A DNA stretch of 64,000 bases from Candidatus Multivoradales bacterium. GTDB lineage: Bacteria > Acidobacteriota > Thermoanaerobaculia > Multivoradales > JAHEKO01. The position numbers and the translations under genes are program-made. This document shows positions 38,057 to 49,073 of the stretch, piece by piece (position 1 is the stretch's first letter; each line of letters opens with the position of its first letter). The notes below the pieces were generated by a model. The model was not told the origin of the DNA and searched no databases. It saw nothing but the letters and a program-made list of their open reading frames with translations. The DNA lies in the NCBI GenBank assembly GCA_965223155.1, contig CBDCVR010000014.1:1024001-1088000 (forward strand), read 5' to 3'.

Positions 38057-39430
38057 TCAGTCCATCTGCTTCCGCAGAACCGTCGGGATGTCGAAGTCAT
38101 CGACACTCGACCAGTTCGGCCCGAAGCCGTTGGGATCCTCGTCCTGGGAGTTCGCCAGCACCTTTCGGTAGAAGGGAATCTCCTCGGACTGTTCGTCACC
38201 GGACTGCGGCGCCGAAGGATGAGGTTGCTGCTGAGATTGCTGCTGAGGCTGAGCTTGCGGCTGCGGTTGAGGCTGCTGCGCCGGCCGGGATTCCGCGCGC
38301 GCGGCCTGGGTCGGTATCGAGGTCTGAAGCGGAGCGTTGGCCAGCTCGACTGTGTCCGCGTCGCTTTGTGCCGGGCCGATCGGATCGGCGAAGAAATCAT
38401 CGTGATCCAGCGAGCGCTCGGGAAAGCGGGGCTCGCTGCCGGCAAAACCGGTGGCGATGACCGTGACCTTCATCTCGTCCTCCAGAGACTCGTCCAGGAC
38501 CATGCCCGAGATGATGTGGGCATCCGCGGCCACCGCCGACTCGATGAGCTGGGCCGCCTCGGCCACCTCGTGCAGAGCCAGATCGCGGCCGCCCGAGATG
38601 TTGATGAGCACGCCGCGCGCGCCGTCGATCGACGTCTCTTCCAGAAGCGGCGACGAGATCGCCCGCTGGGCGGCTTCGGTTGCCCGGTTGTCACCCTTGG
38701 CGATGCCGGTACCCATGAGCGCCATGCCCATTCCGGTCATCACGGTCTTGACGTCGGCGAAATCGACGTTGACCTCACCCGGCACGGTAATCAGATCGCT
38801 GATGCCCTGAACCGCCTGGCGCAGGACGTCGTCGGCGATCCGGAAGGCCTCAGACAGCGGCGTGCCACGCTCGACAAAGCTCAGCAGGCGCTCGTTGGGA
38901 ATCGTGATCAAGGTATCTACGGCGTTCTGCAGCTCTTCCAGCCCGCGCTCGGCTTGCGCCATGCGCCGCCGCCCCTCGAAGGCAAAGGGCTTGGTGACCA
39001 CGGCCACGGTCAAAGCGCCGATCTCGGCGGCCAGAGAGGCCGCGATCGGAATGGCACCGGTGCCGGTGCCGCCCCCCATGCCCGCTGTCAGAAAGACCAT
39101 GTCCGAGCCCTGCAGGAGCTCGAGAATCCGATCGGTATCCTCGAGCGCGGAGCGGCGCCCGATCTCCGGATCGCCGCCGGCGCCCAAGCCGCGGGTCGAA
39201 GCCGTACCCAGTTGCAGCTTCACCGGCGCCCGGCACTTGCGCAGAGCCTGGAGGTCGGTATTGGCGGCAATGAACTCGATGCCCCCCATGCGCGCGTCGA
39301 TCATGCGGTTGACGGCGTTGCCGCCGCCGCCTCCCAGCCCGACGACTTTGATCCTCGCCGGCACCATGTCGGCGTCTTCGAGAGTGATCGGCAGTTCGCC
39401 TTCCAGATCCTGGTCGCTGAATAAAATCAT
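38057..39430 (-). CDS. ftsZ: Cell division protein FtsZ
   Basis: [32 protein letters not shown]-terminal DIPTVLRK. Confidence 0.98.
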   Translation of the reverse strand: MILFSDQDLEGELPITLEDADMVPARIKVVGLGGGGGNAVNRMIDARMGGIEFIAANTDLQALRKCRAPVKLQLGTASTRGLGAGGDPEIGRRSALEDTDRILELLQGSDMVFLTAGMGGGTGTGAIPIAASLAAEIGALTVAVVTKPFAFEGRRRMAQAERGLEELQNAVDTLITIPNERLLSFVERGTPLSEAFRIADDVLRQAVQGISDLITVPGEVNVDFADVKTVMTGMGMALMGTGIAKGDNRATEAAQRAISSPLLEETSIDGARGVLINISGGRDLALHEVAEAAQLIESAVAADAHIISGMVLDESLEDEMKVTVIATGFAGSEPRFPERSLDHDDFFADPIGPAQSDADTVELANAPLQTSIPTQAARAESRPAQQPQPQPQAQPQQQSQQQPHPSAPQSGDEQSEEIPFYRKVLANSQDEDPNGFGPNWSSVDDFDIPTVLRKQMD

Positions 39431-39453
39431 TTCGAAAGCCTCCCTGTTTTGGC

Positions 39454-40692
39454 TCAGAGCAAGTCCGAGAACATTTCCTTGATGCTTCCCACCATCGAGC
39501 GGACGGCCGAGCCGCGATGTCTGGCGGAGCGTTGTTTCTTCGCCTCTTCGGCCTGCCCGTAGAGGAGCAAGCCCGAAGCCGTGGTCCAGGTCGGCGAGCT
39601 GATCACGTCGACCAAGCCGCCGAGCCCTTGCGGCAGCCCGTAGCGGACGCCGGTGTTGAAGATCTGTTCGGCCATCTCGAGGACACCGTCGAGCTGAGCG
39701 CCGCCCCCGGTCAAGACCACGCCACCGCGCAGGTGGCCGTCCAGGCCCGATCGCAGGAGGTCCTCGCGAACCAGCGACAGGATCTCCTCGGCCCGGGGCT
39801 GAAGGATGCCGCAAAGCTCGCTTCGCGGCACCACGCGGGGCGGGCCGCCGGCCACCGCCGGTACCGAGATGCCTTGCTCCTCGCCGAGCATTCCCGGCAG
39901 GCAGCAGCCGTAGCGGATCTTGATCTGCTCGGCCTCTCCGAACGGCGTCCGCAGGACCATGGCCAGATCGTTGGTGAAGTGGCCGGACCCGACCGGCAGA
40001 ACGCCGCTGTGATGGACCTCGCCCTCGGTGAAGTAACCGTACTCGGTGGTACCCGAGCCGACGTCCAGCAGCAGGACACCGAGCTCGCGCTCGTCGTGGG
40101 TGAGCGCGGCCTCGGCCGTCGCCAGCGGCTCGAAGACCATCTCGATGGCCTCGATCCCCGCGCGGTTCACACAGGTCAGAAGGGTCTTGGCGCGGGTGCT
40201 GTTGCAGGTCACCAGATGGACCGCGACCTCGACCCTCGAGCCCATCATGCCCAGCGGGTCGTAGATGCCGCCCTGGTCGTCGACGATGAACTCCTGGGGA
40301 ATGGCATGCAGGATCTCGCGGTCCGAGGGCAGTGCCGCCGCCTGGGCCGCCTCCAGGGCCCGCCGGATATCGGCGCGGCCGATCTCCTGGTTCTTGCCGG
40401 CCACCGAGACCATGCCGCGCGAGTTGACCGAGCGGGAATCGCTGCCGGCGATTCCGACGTAGGCCCGATCGACCTCCACACCGGCCATCACCTCGGCTTC
40501 TTCCGAAGCCTTCTTCAGCGCTTCGACCGTAGCCTCGACGTTGACGACGTGCCCCTTGCGGGTGCCGCGGTTGACGGCGTATCCCTTGCCCACGACTTCC
40601 ATGAAGCCGTCGTCGTTGGTGAGTCCGATGAGAACACCTACCTTGGACGAACCGATGTCGATCGCTACGGTGTATGGATTCGGCTTAGGCAT
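39454..40692 (-). CDS. ftsA: Cell division protein FtsA
   Basis: [25 protein letters not shown]-terminal amphipathic helix; dcw position. Confidence 0.96.
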   Translation of the reverse strand: MPKPNPYTVAIDIGSSKVGVLIGLTNDDGFMEVVGKGYAVNRGTRKGHVVNVEATVEALKKASEEAEVMAGVEVDRAYVGIAGSDSRSVNSRGMVSVAGKNQEIGRADIRRALEAAQAAALPSDREILHAIPQEFIVDDQGGIYDPLGMMGSRVEVAVHLVTCNSTRAKTLLTCVNRAGIEAIEMVFEPLATAEAALTHDERELGVLLLDVGSGTTEYGYFTEGEVHHSGVLPVGSGHFTNDLAMVLRTPFGEAEQIKIRYGCCLPGMLGEEQGISVPAVAGGPPRVVPRSELCGILQPRAEEILSLVREDLLRSGLDGHLRGGVVLTGGGAQLDGVLEMAEQIFNTGVRYGLPQGLGGLVDVISSPTWTTASGLLLYGQAEEAKKQRSARHRGSAVRSMVGSIKEMFSDLL

Positions 40693-41533
40693 CAGCTACG
40701 ACCTCTTTCTTGTGCGGCTTCCCGGCCGCCGGTTGAAAAACGATTTGCCCCTGAAATCTCAGATCCACGGCCGCCAGGGGCGCCAGCCGGGCCAGGTGCT
40801 CGAGTCCGACACCAGCTAGGGCCTGGAGGCCCGGCTCGAGGCGGTCGTGGGTGACCAGGACCGGACAGGGCAGGCCGGCCGTGAACACGCGGAAGTCGAA
40901 CGGCGTCAGAACCTCGATCTGGGACAGGCCATCCGCCCACGGCAACTCGGTCTCCCGCCAGCGGCGGGCCAGCTCGAGACCCGACGCGAGGGTCTCGGGC
41001 GAAGGATCCTCGGCGCTCAACACCACGAAGTCCCGCACCTCGAGCATCGGATCGAAGGTCACGATCACTCGGCCCTCCCGATCCAGGAAGAGCAGCTCGC
41101 CGTCCCGCTGGAGCAGGCCCACGGGCCGCCGCTCCAGAATCTCGACCGCCAGGTGATCGGGCAGGCGCTTGTTGAGACGGACGCCCCGCAGCCAGGGATG
41201 CGGGCCGAGGGCGCTTTCCACGTCGTGTATCGAGACCTCGAAGAGATGGCGGCCCTTGAGCCCGTCCAGACGCTGGCCGGCCCAGGCCGAAGACACTCGG
41301 CCCGGACTCGAGACCGAAACACTGGCGACGGCGAACTCGGGAGACAGAAGAACCCAGGCGGTCAGGATCCCGGGGACGCCCACCAGCGCCAGAGCCGCAA
41401 GGAACGGACGGAGCAAGCGGACCCAGAGGCGGGGCTGCTTATGAGGCGCGCGGAACTGTCTCCGGCGGAAGCTCTCCGCGACCGGCCGCTCGGCCGCCGG
41501 CATCGTGGTGCGAGGCTCGCGCGGCTCGCTCAT
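40685..41533 (-). CDS. ftsQ: Cell division protein FtsQ
   Basis: TM + POTRA (HPWL..V...KRLPD.L.VEI.ER.P), DLRF; dcw position. Confidence 0.88.
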   Translation of the reverse strand: MSEPREPRTTMPAAERPVAESFRRRQFRAPHKQPRLWVRLLRPFLAALALVGVPGILTAWVLLSPEFAVASVSVSSPGRVSSAWAGQRLDGLKGRHLFEVSIHDVESALGPHPWLRGVRLNKRLPDHLAVEILERRPVGLLQRDGELLFLDREGRVIVTFDPMLEVRDFVVLSAEDPSPETLASGLELARRWRETELPWADGLSQIEVLTPFDFRVFTAGLPCPVLVTHDRLEPGLQALAGVGLEHLARLAPLAAVDLRFQGQIVFQPAAGKPHKKEVVADA

Positions 41534-42918
41534 GCGTCCTCCCCGACCAGGTCTTCCGCCAGGCGGTAGACACTGCCGGCTCCCATCGTGATGATGACGT
41601 CACCGGCCTCGACCGAAGCGGCCAGGAGATCCCGGGCCGCCGCCAGATCGGCGACCGACTCGACCCGACGGTGCCCGCTCCGCCGGGCCGCATCCACGAC
41701 GAGCTCGGCGGTCACTCCCGGAATCGGCTGCTCCCGGGAAGGATAGATCGCGGTCACCAGAGCGTGATCGGCGGCCAGCAAGGAGCGGCCGAAGCCCTCG
41801 GCCTGGTCGCGAGTCCTGCTGTAGAGATGGGGCTGAAACACCACGTGGATGCGCCGGTCCGGAAAGAAGCTCCGGGCCGCCGTGAGCGTCGCCGACACCT
41901 CAGCCGGGTGGTGAGCGTAGTCGTCCACGACCTCGGCGCCACGCCAGGACCCCATGCGCTCGAAGCGGCGATGGACGCCCGTGAAGTCGGCCAGGGCGGC
42001 TCCGATGCGGTCGAACTCGAGGCCCACGGCGCGCCCGACCGCGATCGCGGCGAGCGCGTTCTGGACGTTGTGCCGGCCCGGCAGCGGGATCTCGGCGGCG
42101 CCCAGCTCACCGGCGTCGGCGGCCACGGCCGTAAAACGCATGCCGGTCTTCGTGGTCTCGAGATCCCGGGCGGAAAGATCGGCCTGGGGCGAGAAGCCGT
42201 AGGTCAGGGTCCGCCGGTCCGAGAGGTCCGGCAGGATGCCCTGCACGTTGGGGTCGTCCAGGCACAGAATCACCTCTCCGAAGAACGGCACCTTCGAAGC
42301 GAAGCTGACGAAGGCCTCCCGGATCTCGTCCAGGTCACGGTAGGTGTCCAGGTGCTCCAAGTCGATCGACGTGATGACGGCTAGGATCGGCTGGAGCCTC
42401 AGGAAGCTCCGGTCGAACTCGTCGGCTTCGGCCACGAGATAGTCGCTGTGCCCGCGCCGGGCCCCCGTGCCGGTGACCCGCAGCCTGCCGCCCACGATGA
42501 CGGTCGGGTCGAGTCCGGCGTCGGTCAAGAGAGTTCCAACCAGCGAGGTCGTGGTCGTCTTGCCGTGGGTTCCGGCAACCGCGATGCCGTACTTGAGGCG
42601 CATGAGCTCAGCCAGCATCTCGGCACGGCGCACGACCGTGACATTGCGGCGCCGCGCGGCGTCGACCTCCTCGTGATCGCCGGCAATGGCGGACGAGACC
42701 ACCAGCAGATCGACCTCGCTCAGATGCTCCGCCGAGTGCCCGATCTCGATCGCGATCCCTAGGTCGCGCAGCCGCGCCGTGGTCTCGCTTTCCTGAACGT
42801 CACAGCCCGTGACCTCCAGGTCGTAATCGGTCAGGACCTCGGCGATGCCGCTCATGCCCGCACCGCCGATGCCCATGAAATGAACGCGGGAGAGATCCGC
42901 GAAGTGCTGGAACATCAT
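41530..42918 (-). CDS. murC: UDP-N-acetylmuramate--L-alanine ligase
   Basis: HFMGIGGAGMSG, AGTHGKTTT, EADE, RRFE, DDYAHHP, FQPH. Confidence 0.97.
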   Translation of the reverse strand: MMFQHFADLSRVHFMGIGGAGMSGIAEVLTDYDLEVTGCDVQESETTARLRDLGIAIEIGHSAEHLSEVDLLVVSSAIAGDHEEVDAARRRNVTVVRRAEMLAELMRLKYGIAVAGTHGKTTTTSLVGTLLTDAGLDPTVIVGGRLRVTGTGARRGHSDYLVAEADEFDRSFLRLQPILAVITSIDLEHLDTYRDLDEIREAFVSFASKVPFFGEVILCLDDPNVQGILPDLSDRRTLTYGFSPQADLSARDLETTKTGMRFTAVAADAGELGAAEIPLPGRHNVQNALAAIAVGRAVGLEFDRIGAALADFTGVHRRFERMGSWRGAEVVDDYAHHPAEVSATLTAARSFFPDRRIHVVFQPHLYSRTRDQAEGFGRSLLAADHALVTAIYPSREQPIPGVTAELVVDAARRSGHRRVESVADLAAARDLLAASVEAGDVIITMGAGSVYRLAEDLVGEDA

Positions 42919-44066
42919 GGCGCGACCTCCGCCGCCGCGCTCCGTCTCACCGGACTCAAGGCGCCCGCGACCAGGCGATCGGCGATCCGTTCGGCCGCCT
43001 CGGGGTGGGCATGGAGCCGCGCGCTCCGAGCCATCGCCTCCAGGCGCGGTCGGTCCTCCAGCAGGCCGGTGACCGCGGCCAGAAGATCCGCGGCGGTCAG
43101 CTCGTCGCCATCCAGGACCAGGGCCGCGCCGCCGCGTTCGAGGCTGGTGGCGTTGTAGCGCTGGTGCCCGCCGCCGGATGCGGTCAGGGGCACGAACACC
43201 GCCGGCCGTCCCGCGGCGGCAATCTCGGCGCAGGTCAAGGCTCCCGCCCGGGAGACGATCACGTGCGCCCGGGCCATGGCCCCGGCCACATCCTCCAGAA
43301 ACGCCGCCGTCTCGATGCCCGCGCCGTCGGCGCCCCCGAGACCCCGATCTGCGTAGGCAGTCCGGACCGCTTCGAGGTGCGCCCGTCCGGTCTGGTGGGT
43401 CACCGTGAGGTCGGGGAAGCTCTGGCGAAGCCCGGCGACGAGCTCGGGCACCATCTGGTTGATCTGGAGCGCCCCCTGGCTCCCCCCCAGTACGAGCAGG
43501 TGCGGCGGCCCAACCGGCAGCGAACCGATCCGGTGAAACGCCGAGCGCACCGGGGTCCCGGTGACCACACTCGGACAGCGCAGATCTCCACCGGTGTCCT
43601 CGTAGGCGGTCAGGGCCTCGCGGCACCAGCGCGACACCACCCGGTTGGCGGCGCCCGAGCGGGCGTTGGGCTCGAAGATCATGGCGGGCCGGCCGGCCAG
43701 CCGCGCTCCCACGACCGCCGGGGCCGATACGTAGCCGCCGGTACCAAAGACGGCGTCGGCGCCCATCGACCGGATCAGACCGCGGGCCTTCCAGGCCGAC
43801 GCGGCGAGGGTGGCGAGCGCGCCGAGCTTCGACATCGCTCCCCGGCCCAGCCAGGGCCGCGCGGCCAGCGGATGGAAGGGCAGACCCGCCTTCCGCACCA
43901 ACGTCTCCTCCATGCCCTCGGGGCGTCCCACCCAGCTCACGGAGTGCCCTCCGCCGACGAGCTCGTCGGCAACGGCGAGCGCCGGGAAGACGTGGCCGCC
44001 GGTCCCGCCACCGGCAACCAAGACGTGAACCGTCGATCTCGGTCGGGCCTCGTCCACATCATCCAT
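42915..44066 (-). CDS. murG: Lipid II GlcNAc transferase
   Basis: GGGTGGHVFPA, GGYVS, GGSQGA, SRAGA. Confidence 0.97.
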   Translation of the reverse strand: MDDVDEARPRSTVHVLVAGGGTGGHVFPALAVADELVGGGHSVSWVGRPEGMEETLVRKAGLPFHPLAARPWLGRGAMSKLGALATLAASAWKARGLIRSMGADAVFGTGGYVSAPAVVGARLAGRPAMIFEPNARSGAANRVVSRWCREALTAYEDTGGDLRCPSVVTGTPVRSAFHRIGSLPVGPPHLLVLGGSQGALQINQMVPELVAGLRQSFPDLTVTHQTGRAHLEAVRTAYADRGLGGADGAGIETAAFLEDVAGAMARAHVIVSRAGALTCAEIAAAGRPAVFVPLTASGGGHQRYNATSLERGGAALVLDGDELTAADLLAAVTGLLEDRPRLEAMARSARLHAHPEAAERIADRLVAGALSPVRRSAAAEVAP

Positions 44067-45144
44067 GCTGGGACACGTTGAGGAGAACGCCGCACGCCGC
44101 CAGGCTCATCATCAGGGACGAGCCTCCGTAGGAGACGAACGGCAAGGTCATGCCGGTGGCCGGCAGCATCGAGAGCGCCACCGACACGTGAATCGCCGCC
44201 TGAATCACCAAGGCTCCGGCGAGCCCCCAGGCCAGGTAGCGACCGAAGGCGTCGGGAGCCCGCCGCCCAGCCCGGGCCCCGCGCCACAAGAGCACCGCGA
44301 ACAGGATCAGCAGGACGGCGCAGCCGACGAGCCCGAGCTCCTCGGCCAGGATCGAGAAGACGAAGTCCGAGTGCGGATACGGCAGGAAATGGAGCTTCTG
44401 CACGCCCTCGCCGAGGCCGCGACCCAGGAGACCGCCCGAGCCGATCGCAATCAACGACTGGAGCGCCTGGAAGCCGCCGCCCAGTGGATCGCTCTCGGGG
44501 TCCAGGAAGGCCAGGAAGCGGGCACGCCGGTAGGGCTCGAAATAGATCGCCGCCGCCACCAGCGGGCCCACCGCCCCGCCGGCCAGCAGCAGTTGCCAAA
44601 TCGGCAATCCGGCCAAAAACAGTAGCATGCCGGCGATGGCGACGAGCATCGCGGCCGAGCCCAGGTCCCGGCCCAGAAGGACGAGACCCGCCAGAATCGC
44701 CGTCACCGCGACGATCGGCACGACGTAGCGGCGATCCGAGCGCAGGTCCTCGGTCTTGGCAAGCTGGTAGGCGATGAGCGGCACCAGGCTGAGCTTGGCG
44801 AGCTCCGAGGGTTGGAACGAGAAACCCGCAATCAGCAGCCAGCGGTTGGTGTTGTTGAGAGCCGGCGAGGCCAGGGCCAGAACAAGGAGTGCCGCCGCCA
44901 GCCCGAAAAGCGACCACACCACCCGCCGGTCCCCGAACCAGGAATAGTCGAGATGCATCAGGAGCCACATCGCGATCAGGCCCAGCCCGGCGGCGACCGC
45001 CTGCTTCAGAACCAGCGAGCTGGCCGAGCCGTTCCGGACCTCGGCCGCGGCAACACTGGCCGAGAAGACCATGGTCAGGCCGAAGCCCACCAAGATGATG
45101 AGCGCGGTAAAGAGGACGTGGTCGAAGGCCAGCTTCTTAGCCAT
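44059..45144 (-). CDS. ftsW: Peptidoglycan glycosyltransferase FtsW
   Basis: FQPSELAK, IGSGG..G.G.G, PYPHSDF, EELG, PATGMTLPFVSYGGSS. Confidence 0.95.
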   Translation of the reverse strand: MAKKLAFDHVLFTALIILVGFGLTMVFSASVAAAEVRNGSASSLVLKQAVAAGLGLIAMWLLMHLDYSWFGDRRVVWSLFGLAAALLVLALASPALNNTNRWLLIAGFSFQPSELAKLSLVPLIAYQLAKTEDLRSDRRYVVPIVAVTAILAGLVLLGRDLGSAAMLVAIAGMLLFLAGLPIWQLLLAGGAVGPLVAAAIYFEPYRRARFLAFLDPESDPLGGGFQALQSLIAIGSGGLLGRGLGEGVQKLHFLPYPHSDFVFSILAEELGLVGCAVLLILFAVLLWRGARAGRRAPDAFGRYLAWGLAGALVIQAAIHVSVALSMLPATGMTLPFVSYGGSSLMMSLAACGVLLNVSQHG

Positions 45145-46579
45145 CGTCCCCTCCGTTGCGTCCCCCGAGAGCCTCGCGCACCAGCTCTTGAAAGCGCTCG
45201 CCACGGTGGGCGAAGTTGCGAAACTGATCGAAGCTGGCGCAGGCCGGCGACAGCAGCACCGTCTCACCGGACCGCGCCCGGCGGTGGGCGTCGGCGACCG
45301 CGCGTTCAAGTGTTTCCACCGTGCGCACACCCGCGGCCTCGGGGCCCAAGTCCTCGGCGATCGTCGCCGCCGCTTCGCCGATCAAGTACACCGCCCGGGC
45401 CTTCAGCGCCACCGTCTCGGACAGCGGAACGAAGCTCTCGCCCTTGGCCTGACCGCCCAGGATCAGATGCACCGAGCGATCCTCGAAGCCTTCGAGGGAC
45501 TTGAGGACGGCGCCGACGTTGGTGCCCTTCGAATCGTCGATCCAGCGCACGCCACCGGCCACGGCCACCGTCTGCATCCGGTGCGGCAGGCCCGCAAAAC
45601 CGGCCAGAGCCCGGCCGAAGCCCTGAGGCGGAGCTCCCAGAGAGCGCGCCAAGAGCGCGGCCGCCATCGCGTTCTCCAGATTGTGCTCGCCCGGCTGCGC
45701 CACGTCCGAACGCCGGAAGAGCTCGCGCTCGCCGGCCTCGGGCTCGACCTCGACAACCCGGTCGCCGTCCAGATAGCAGCCGTCCGCCACCCTGCCGAGC
45801 CGCGAGAAGAAGCGCTTGCGCGCCCGGGTGGCCAATCCGGCCTCGCGCAGCCAGGGATCATCGGCATTGAGCACGGCGCAGTCGGTGGACTCCTGATTGG
45901 CCAGCAGGCGGAGCTTGGCTGCCACGTACCGTTCGACGGTGCAGTGCCGGTCGATGTGGTCCGGCGAGATATTGAGCAGGGCGGCCGCGCTGGGCCGGAA
46001 GTTCGCCGTGCCCTCGAGCTGGAAGCTCGACAGTTCGACCACGAAGACTCGGTCCCTGGGTCCCTCGACCCGCGACACCAGCGGCACGCCGATGTTGCCG
46101 CAGACCTCGACGGCGAATCCGGCGGCTTCCAGAAGGGCGCCGGTCATCGCCGTGGTCGTGCTCTTGCCGTTGCTGCCGGTGATGCCGACCACCGGCCCCT
46201 CCAGAAACGGAAAGGCCAGCTCCACCTCGGCCAAGATCGGCACGCCGCGCCTCTCGGCATCGACCAGGAGCGGACGATCCGGGGCGACGCCGGGACTGAC
46301 CACGACCCCATCGATCCCTTGCGGTAACTCCTCCGGCTCGGCACCGAGACGCGGCTCGAAAGACTCGAAACGCTCGAGCTCGGCGAGATCCAGAGCCGGC
46401 GCCGAACGGCGGTCCACGCCTACAACTTCGATCCCGCGGCTGCACAGAAAGTGCGCGGCCGCGGTCCCCGAGCGGCCCAGGCCGTAGACCAGGGCGCGAC
46501 GCCACCCGAGCGTCGGGGTTTCAGGGCTCGTGGAGCCAGCAGAGCCGTCAGAGCCAGGCTGGTAGGTCTCAGCGCTCAT
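45137..46579 (-). CDS. murD: UDP-MurNAc-L-Ala--D-glutamate ligase
   Basis: [46 protein letters not shown]. Confidence 0.97.
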   Translation of the reverse strand: MSAETYQPGSDGSAGSTSPETPTLGWRRALVYGLGRSGTAAAHFLCSRGIEVVGVDRRSAPALDLAELERFESFEPRLGAEPEELPQGIDGVVVSPGVAPDRPLLVDAERRGVPILAEVELAFPFLEGPVVGITGSNGKSTTTAMTGALLEAAGFAVEVCGNIGVPLVSRVEGPRDRVFVVELSSFQLEGTANFRPSAAALLNISPDHIDRHCTVERYVAAKLRLLANQESTDCAVLNADDPWLREAGLATRARKRFFSRLGRVADGCYLDGDRVVEVEPEAGERELFRRSDVAQPGEHNLENAMAAALLARSLGAPPQGFGRALAGFAGLPHRMQTVAVAGGVRWIDDSKGTNVGAVLKSLEGFEDRSVHLILGGQAKGESFVPLSETVALKARAVYLIGEAAATIAEDLGPEAAGVRTVETLERAVADAHRRARSGETVLLSPACASFDQFRNFAHRGERFQELVREALGGRNGGDDG

Positions 46580-47661
46580 CGCAGCTTCAGGGTCGAAAGG
46601 CTCAGCAGCGCGAACAGGAAGGCCGCGATCCAGAAGCGCACGATGATCTTGGGTTCGGACCATCCGCTGAGCTCGAAGTGGTGATGAATGGGCGCCATGC
46701 GGAACACCCGCTTGCCGGTCAACTTGTAGGAGAGCACCTGGATGATCACCGACAGCGCTTCGACCACGAACAGCCCGCCGACCAGCACCAGGACGATCTC
46801 CTGCTTGGCCAGCACCGCCACCGTGCCAATAGCTCCGCCGAGCGCCAGCGAGCCGACGTCGCCCATGAAGACCTGGGCCGGATGCGCGTTGAACCATAGG
46901 AATCCCAGGCTCGCCCCGACCAGGGCGCTACAGAAAACGGCGACCTCCCCCGCGCCCCGAACGTGAGGCACCTGGAGGTAGCTAGCCACCACCGAATGGC
47001 CGGCGATGTAGGTAAAGACGCCGTAGGTAGCCGCCGCGATCAGCGTCGCACCGATCGCCAGCCCGTCCAGTCCGTCGGTCAGATTGACCGCGTTCGACGC
47101 GCCCGCCAAAACCAGCGCGACGAAGGGGATATAAAGCCATCCGATGTCGAAGACCGCTCGCTTGAAGAAGGGGAAGGCCACCGTGGAATTGACGCCCCAC
47201 TGGTCGGGAAGGCCCAGGATGGTGGCCGCCGCGACCGCGCCCACGGCGATCTGCAGGAAGAACTTGCCCTTGGCGGTCAGGCCCAGGTTGCGCCGGCGGC
47301 GGATTTTCAAGAAGTCATCGACGAAGCCGATCAGGCCGTAGGCCACGGTGACGCCAATCGCCACCCAGACCAGCGGGTTGGTCAGGTTCACCCACAGCAG
47401 GGTCGGCACGACCACGGCAAAGAGGATCAGCACGCCGCCCATGGTCGGCGTACCGGCCTTGGCCTGATGGCCCTCGGGACCCTCGTCGCGAATGTTCTGC
47501 CCGATCGAGAGCTTCTGCAGCCAGGCGATGAAGCGCGGCCCCAGCAGGAGCGAGAGCAGCACCGCAGTGACGATAGCGCCGGCCGAACGAAAGGTGATGT
47601 AGCGAAACACGTTAAACGCCGCGAACCGATCGGCCAGGGGCACGAGCAGATGGAACAGCAT
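46576..47661 (-). CDS. mraY: Phospho-MurNAc-pentapeptide transferase
   Basis: [37 protein letters not shown]. Confidence 0.98.
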   Translation of the reverse strand: MLFHLLVPLADRFAAFNVFRYITFRSAGAIVTAVLLSLLLGPRFIAWLQKLSIGQNIRDEGPEGHQAKAGTPTMGGVLILFAVVVPTLLWVNLTNPLVWVAIGVTVAYGLIGFVDDFLKIRRRRNLGLTAKGKFFLQIAVGAVAAATILGLPDQWGVNSTVAFPFFKRAVFDIGWLYIPFVALVLAGASNAVNLTDGLDGLAIGATLIAAATYGVFTYIAGHSVVASYLQVPHVRGAGEVAVFCSALVGASLGFLWFNAHPAQVFMGDVGSLALGGAIGTVAVLAKQEIVLVLVGGLFVVEALSVIIQVLSYKLTGKRVFRMAPIHHHFELSGWSEPKIIVRFWIAAFLFALLSLSTLKLR

Positions 47662-49073
47662 CAGTCCGTTCCTCCGCAAAGGTCCGCCACGACCCGGTCC
47701 AGCCCGACGCCTCTCGAGCCCTTGACCAAGAGCACGTCGCCGTCCCGCATCTCGCCGAGCGCGAACTCGGCCGCCTCTTCGGCCTCGGCGAACCAGAGCG
47801 CCCGCCGCCCGGCGCCGCCGGCGGCCTCGGCCAGCGGACGCGCTTCCTCGCCGACGGCAACGATCGGATCAAAGCCCAGCTCGGCGGCTTCCTCGCCGGC
47901 GCGCAAGTGAAACTCCGGCGAGCCCGGTCCGAGCTCGAGCATCGAGCCCAGAACCGCCCAGTGCCGGCGTCCGGCCAGGCGCCGGACCGATGCCAGCGCG
48001 CGCCCGAGAGCATCGGGGTTCGAGTTGTAACTGTCGTCAATGACGACACGCTCGCCGGCCAGCCGGTGGAGCTCGCCGCGCATCGCCGCCGGGCGGACCT
48101 CCGCGGCCGAAGCCACGATCGCGTCCAGCGAAACGCCCACGGTGTGGGCACAGGCCGCCGCCGCCAGGAAGTTGTCGACGTGGAAGCTGCCGTAGAGCGG
48201 CAGGGACACCGCGCGCCGCTCGCCGCCGACGCAGAGGATGAAATCGATGCCCCCGGCGCCGTCCTCGGCCACGTCCTCAGCACCGTAGTCGAGTTCGCAC
48301 TCGGTATCGCCCGGCGCCACGGACGCGCGCCCGTACCAGATCACCTTGCCGGGATGCCGCGCCACGATCCGGACCACTTCCGGATCGTCGGCGTTCGCGA
48401 TCACCGTACCGGCCGGGCCGAGTCCTTCCAGCAGCTCGGCCTTGGCCTCGGCGATCCCGCGCAGATCGTCGAAGAACTCGAGATGCACCGGCCGAACGTT
48501 GGTGTAGACCACGAAGTCAGGCCGCCCGAGCGCCGCCAGCCGGCTCAACTCACCGGGCGTCGACATGCCCATCTCCGCCACCATCCACTCGGTGTCCTCC
48601 GGAATCGAAAGCAGCGAGATCGGAAATCCGAAGAGATTGTTGAGATTGCCGGGATTCTTGGCGACCCGATAGCGGCTGGCGAGCATCCGCGCCAGCAGTT
48701 CCTTGGTCGTGGTCTTGCCGGCGGAGCCGGTCACCGCCACCAACTGCTCGGGCAGACGGGCGCGCACGTCCGAAGTCAGGGCGTGAAGCGCATCGAGCGC
48801 GCTCGGTACCCGGATCAGTCCGCTCGACCGATCGAAACCCGGAGCGGACTCTTCCGGATCGCGCTCTACGATCGCGGCCGCGGCGCCTCGTGCCAGCGAA
48901 TCGGCCACGAAACGATGGCCATCGGTCACCTCGCCGGCAAGGGCGAAGAACAACTCGCCACCGGTTACCTGGCGCGAGTCCAGCACCGCGCCGCGCCACG
49001 GAGCCGATGGATCTCCGGCAAGGAGCTCGCCGCCCATGGCGCCCGCGGCCTCGCCCAGGGTGCCCTCAGCCAT
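47661..49073 (-). CDS. murF: UDP-MurNAc-tripeptide--D-Ala-D-Ala ligase
   Basis: [41 protein letters not shown]. Confidence 0.96.
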   Translation of the reverse strand: MAEGTLGEAAGAMGGELLAGDPSAPWRGAVLDSRQVTGGELFFALAGEVTDGHRFVADSLARGAAAAIVERDPEESAPGFDRSSGLIRVPSALDALHALTSDVRARLPEQLVAVTGSAGKTTTKELLARMLASRYRVAKNPGNLNNLFGFPISLLSIPEDTEWMVAEMGMSTPGELSRLAALGRPDFVVYTNVRPVHLEFFDDLRGIAEAKAELLEGLGPAGTVIANADDPEVVRIVARHPGKVIWYGRASVAPGDTECELDYGAEDVAEDGAGGIDFILCVGGERRAVSLPLYGSFHVDNFLAAAACAHTVGVSLDAIVASAAEVRPAAMRGELHRLAGERVVIDDSYNSNPDALGRALASVRRLAGRRHWAVLGSMLELGPGSPEFHLRAGEEAAELGFDPIVAVGEEARPLAEAAGGAGRRALWFAEAEEAAEFALGEMRDGDVLLVKGSRGVGLDRVVADLCGGTD

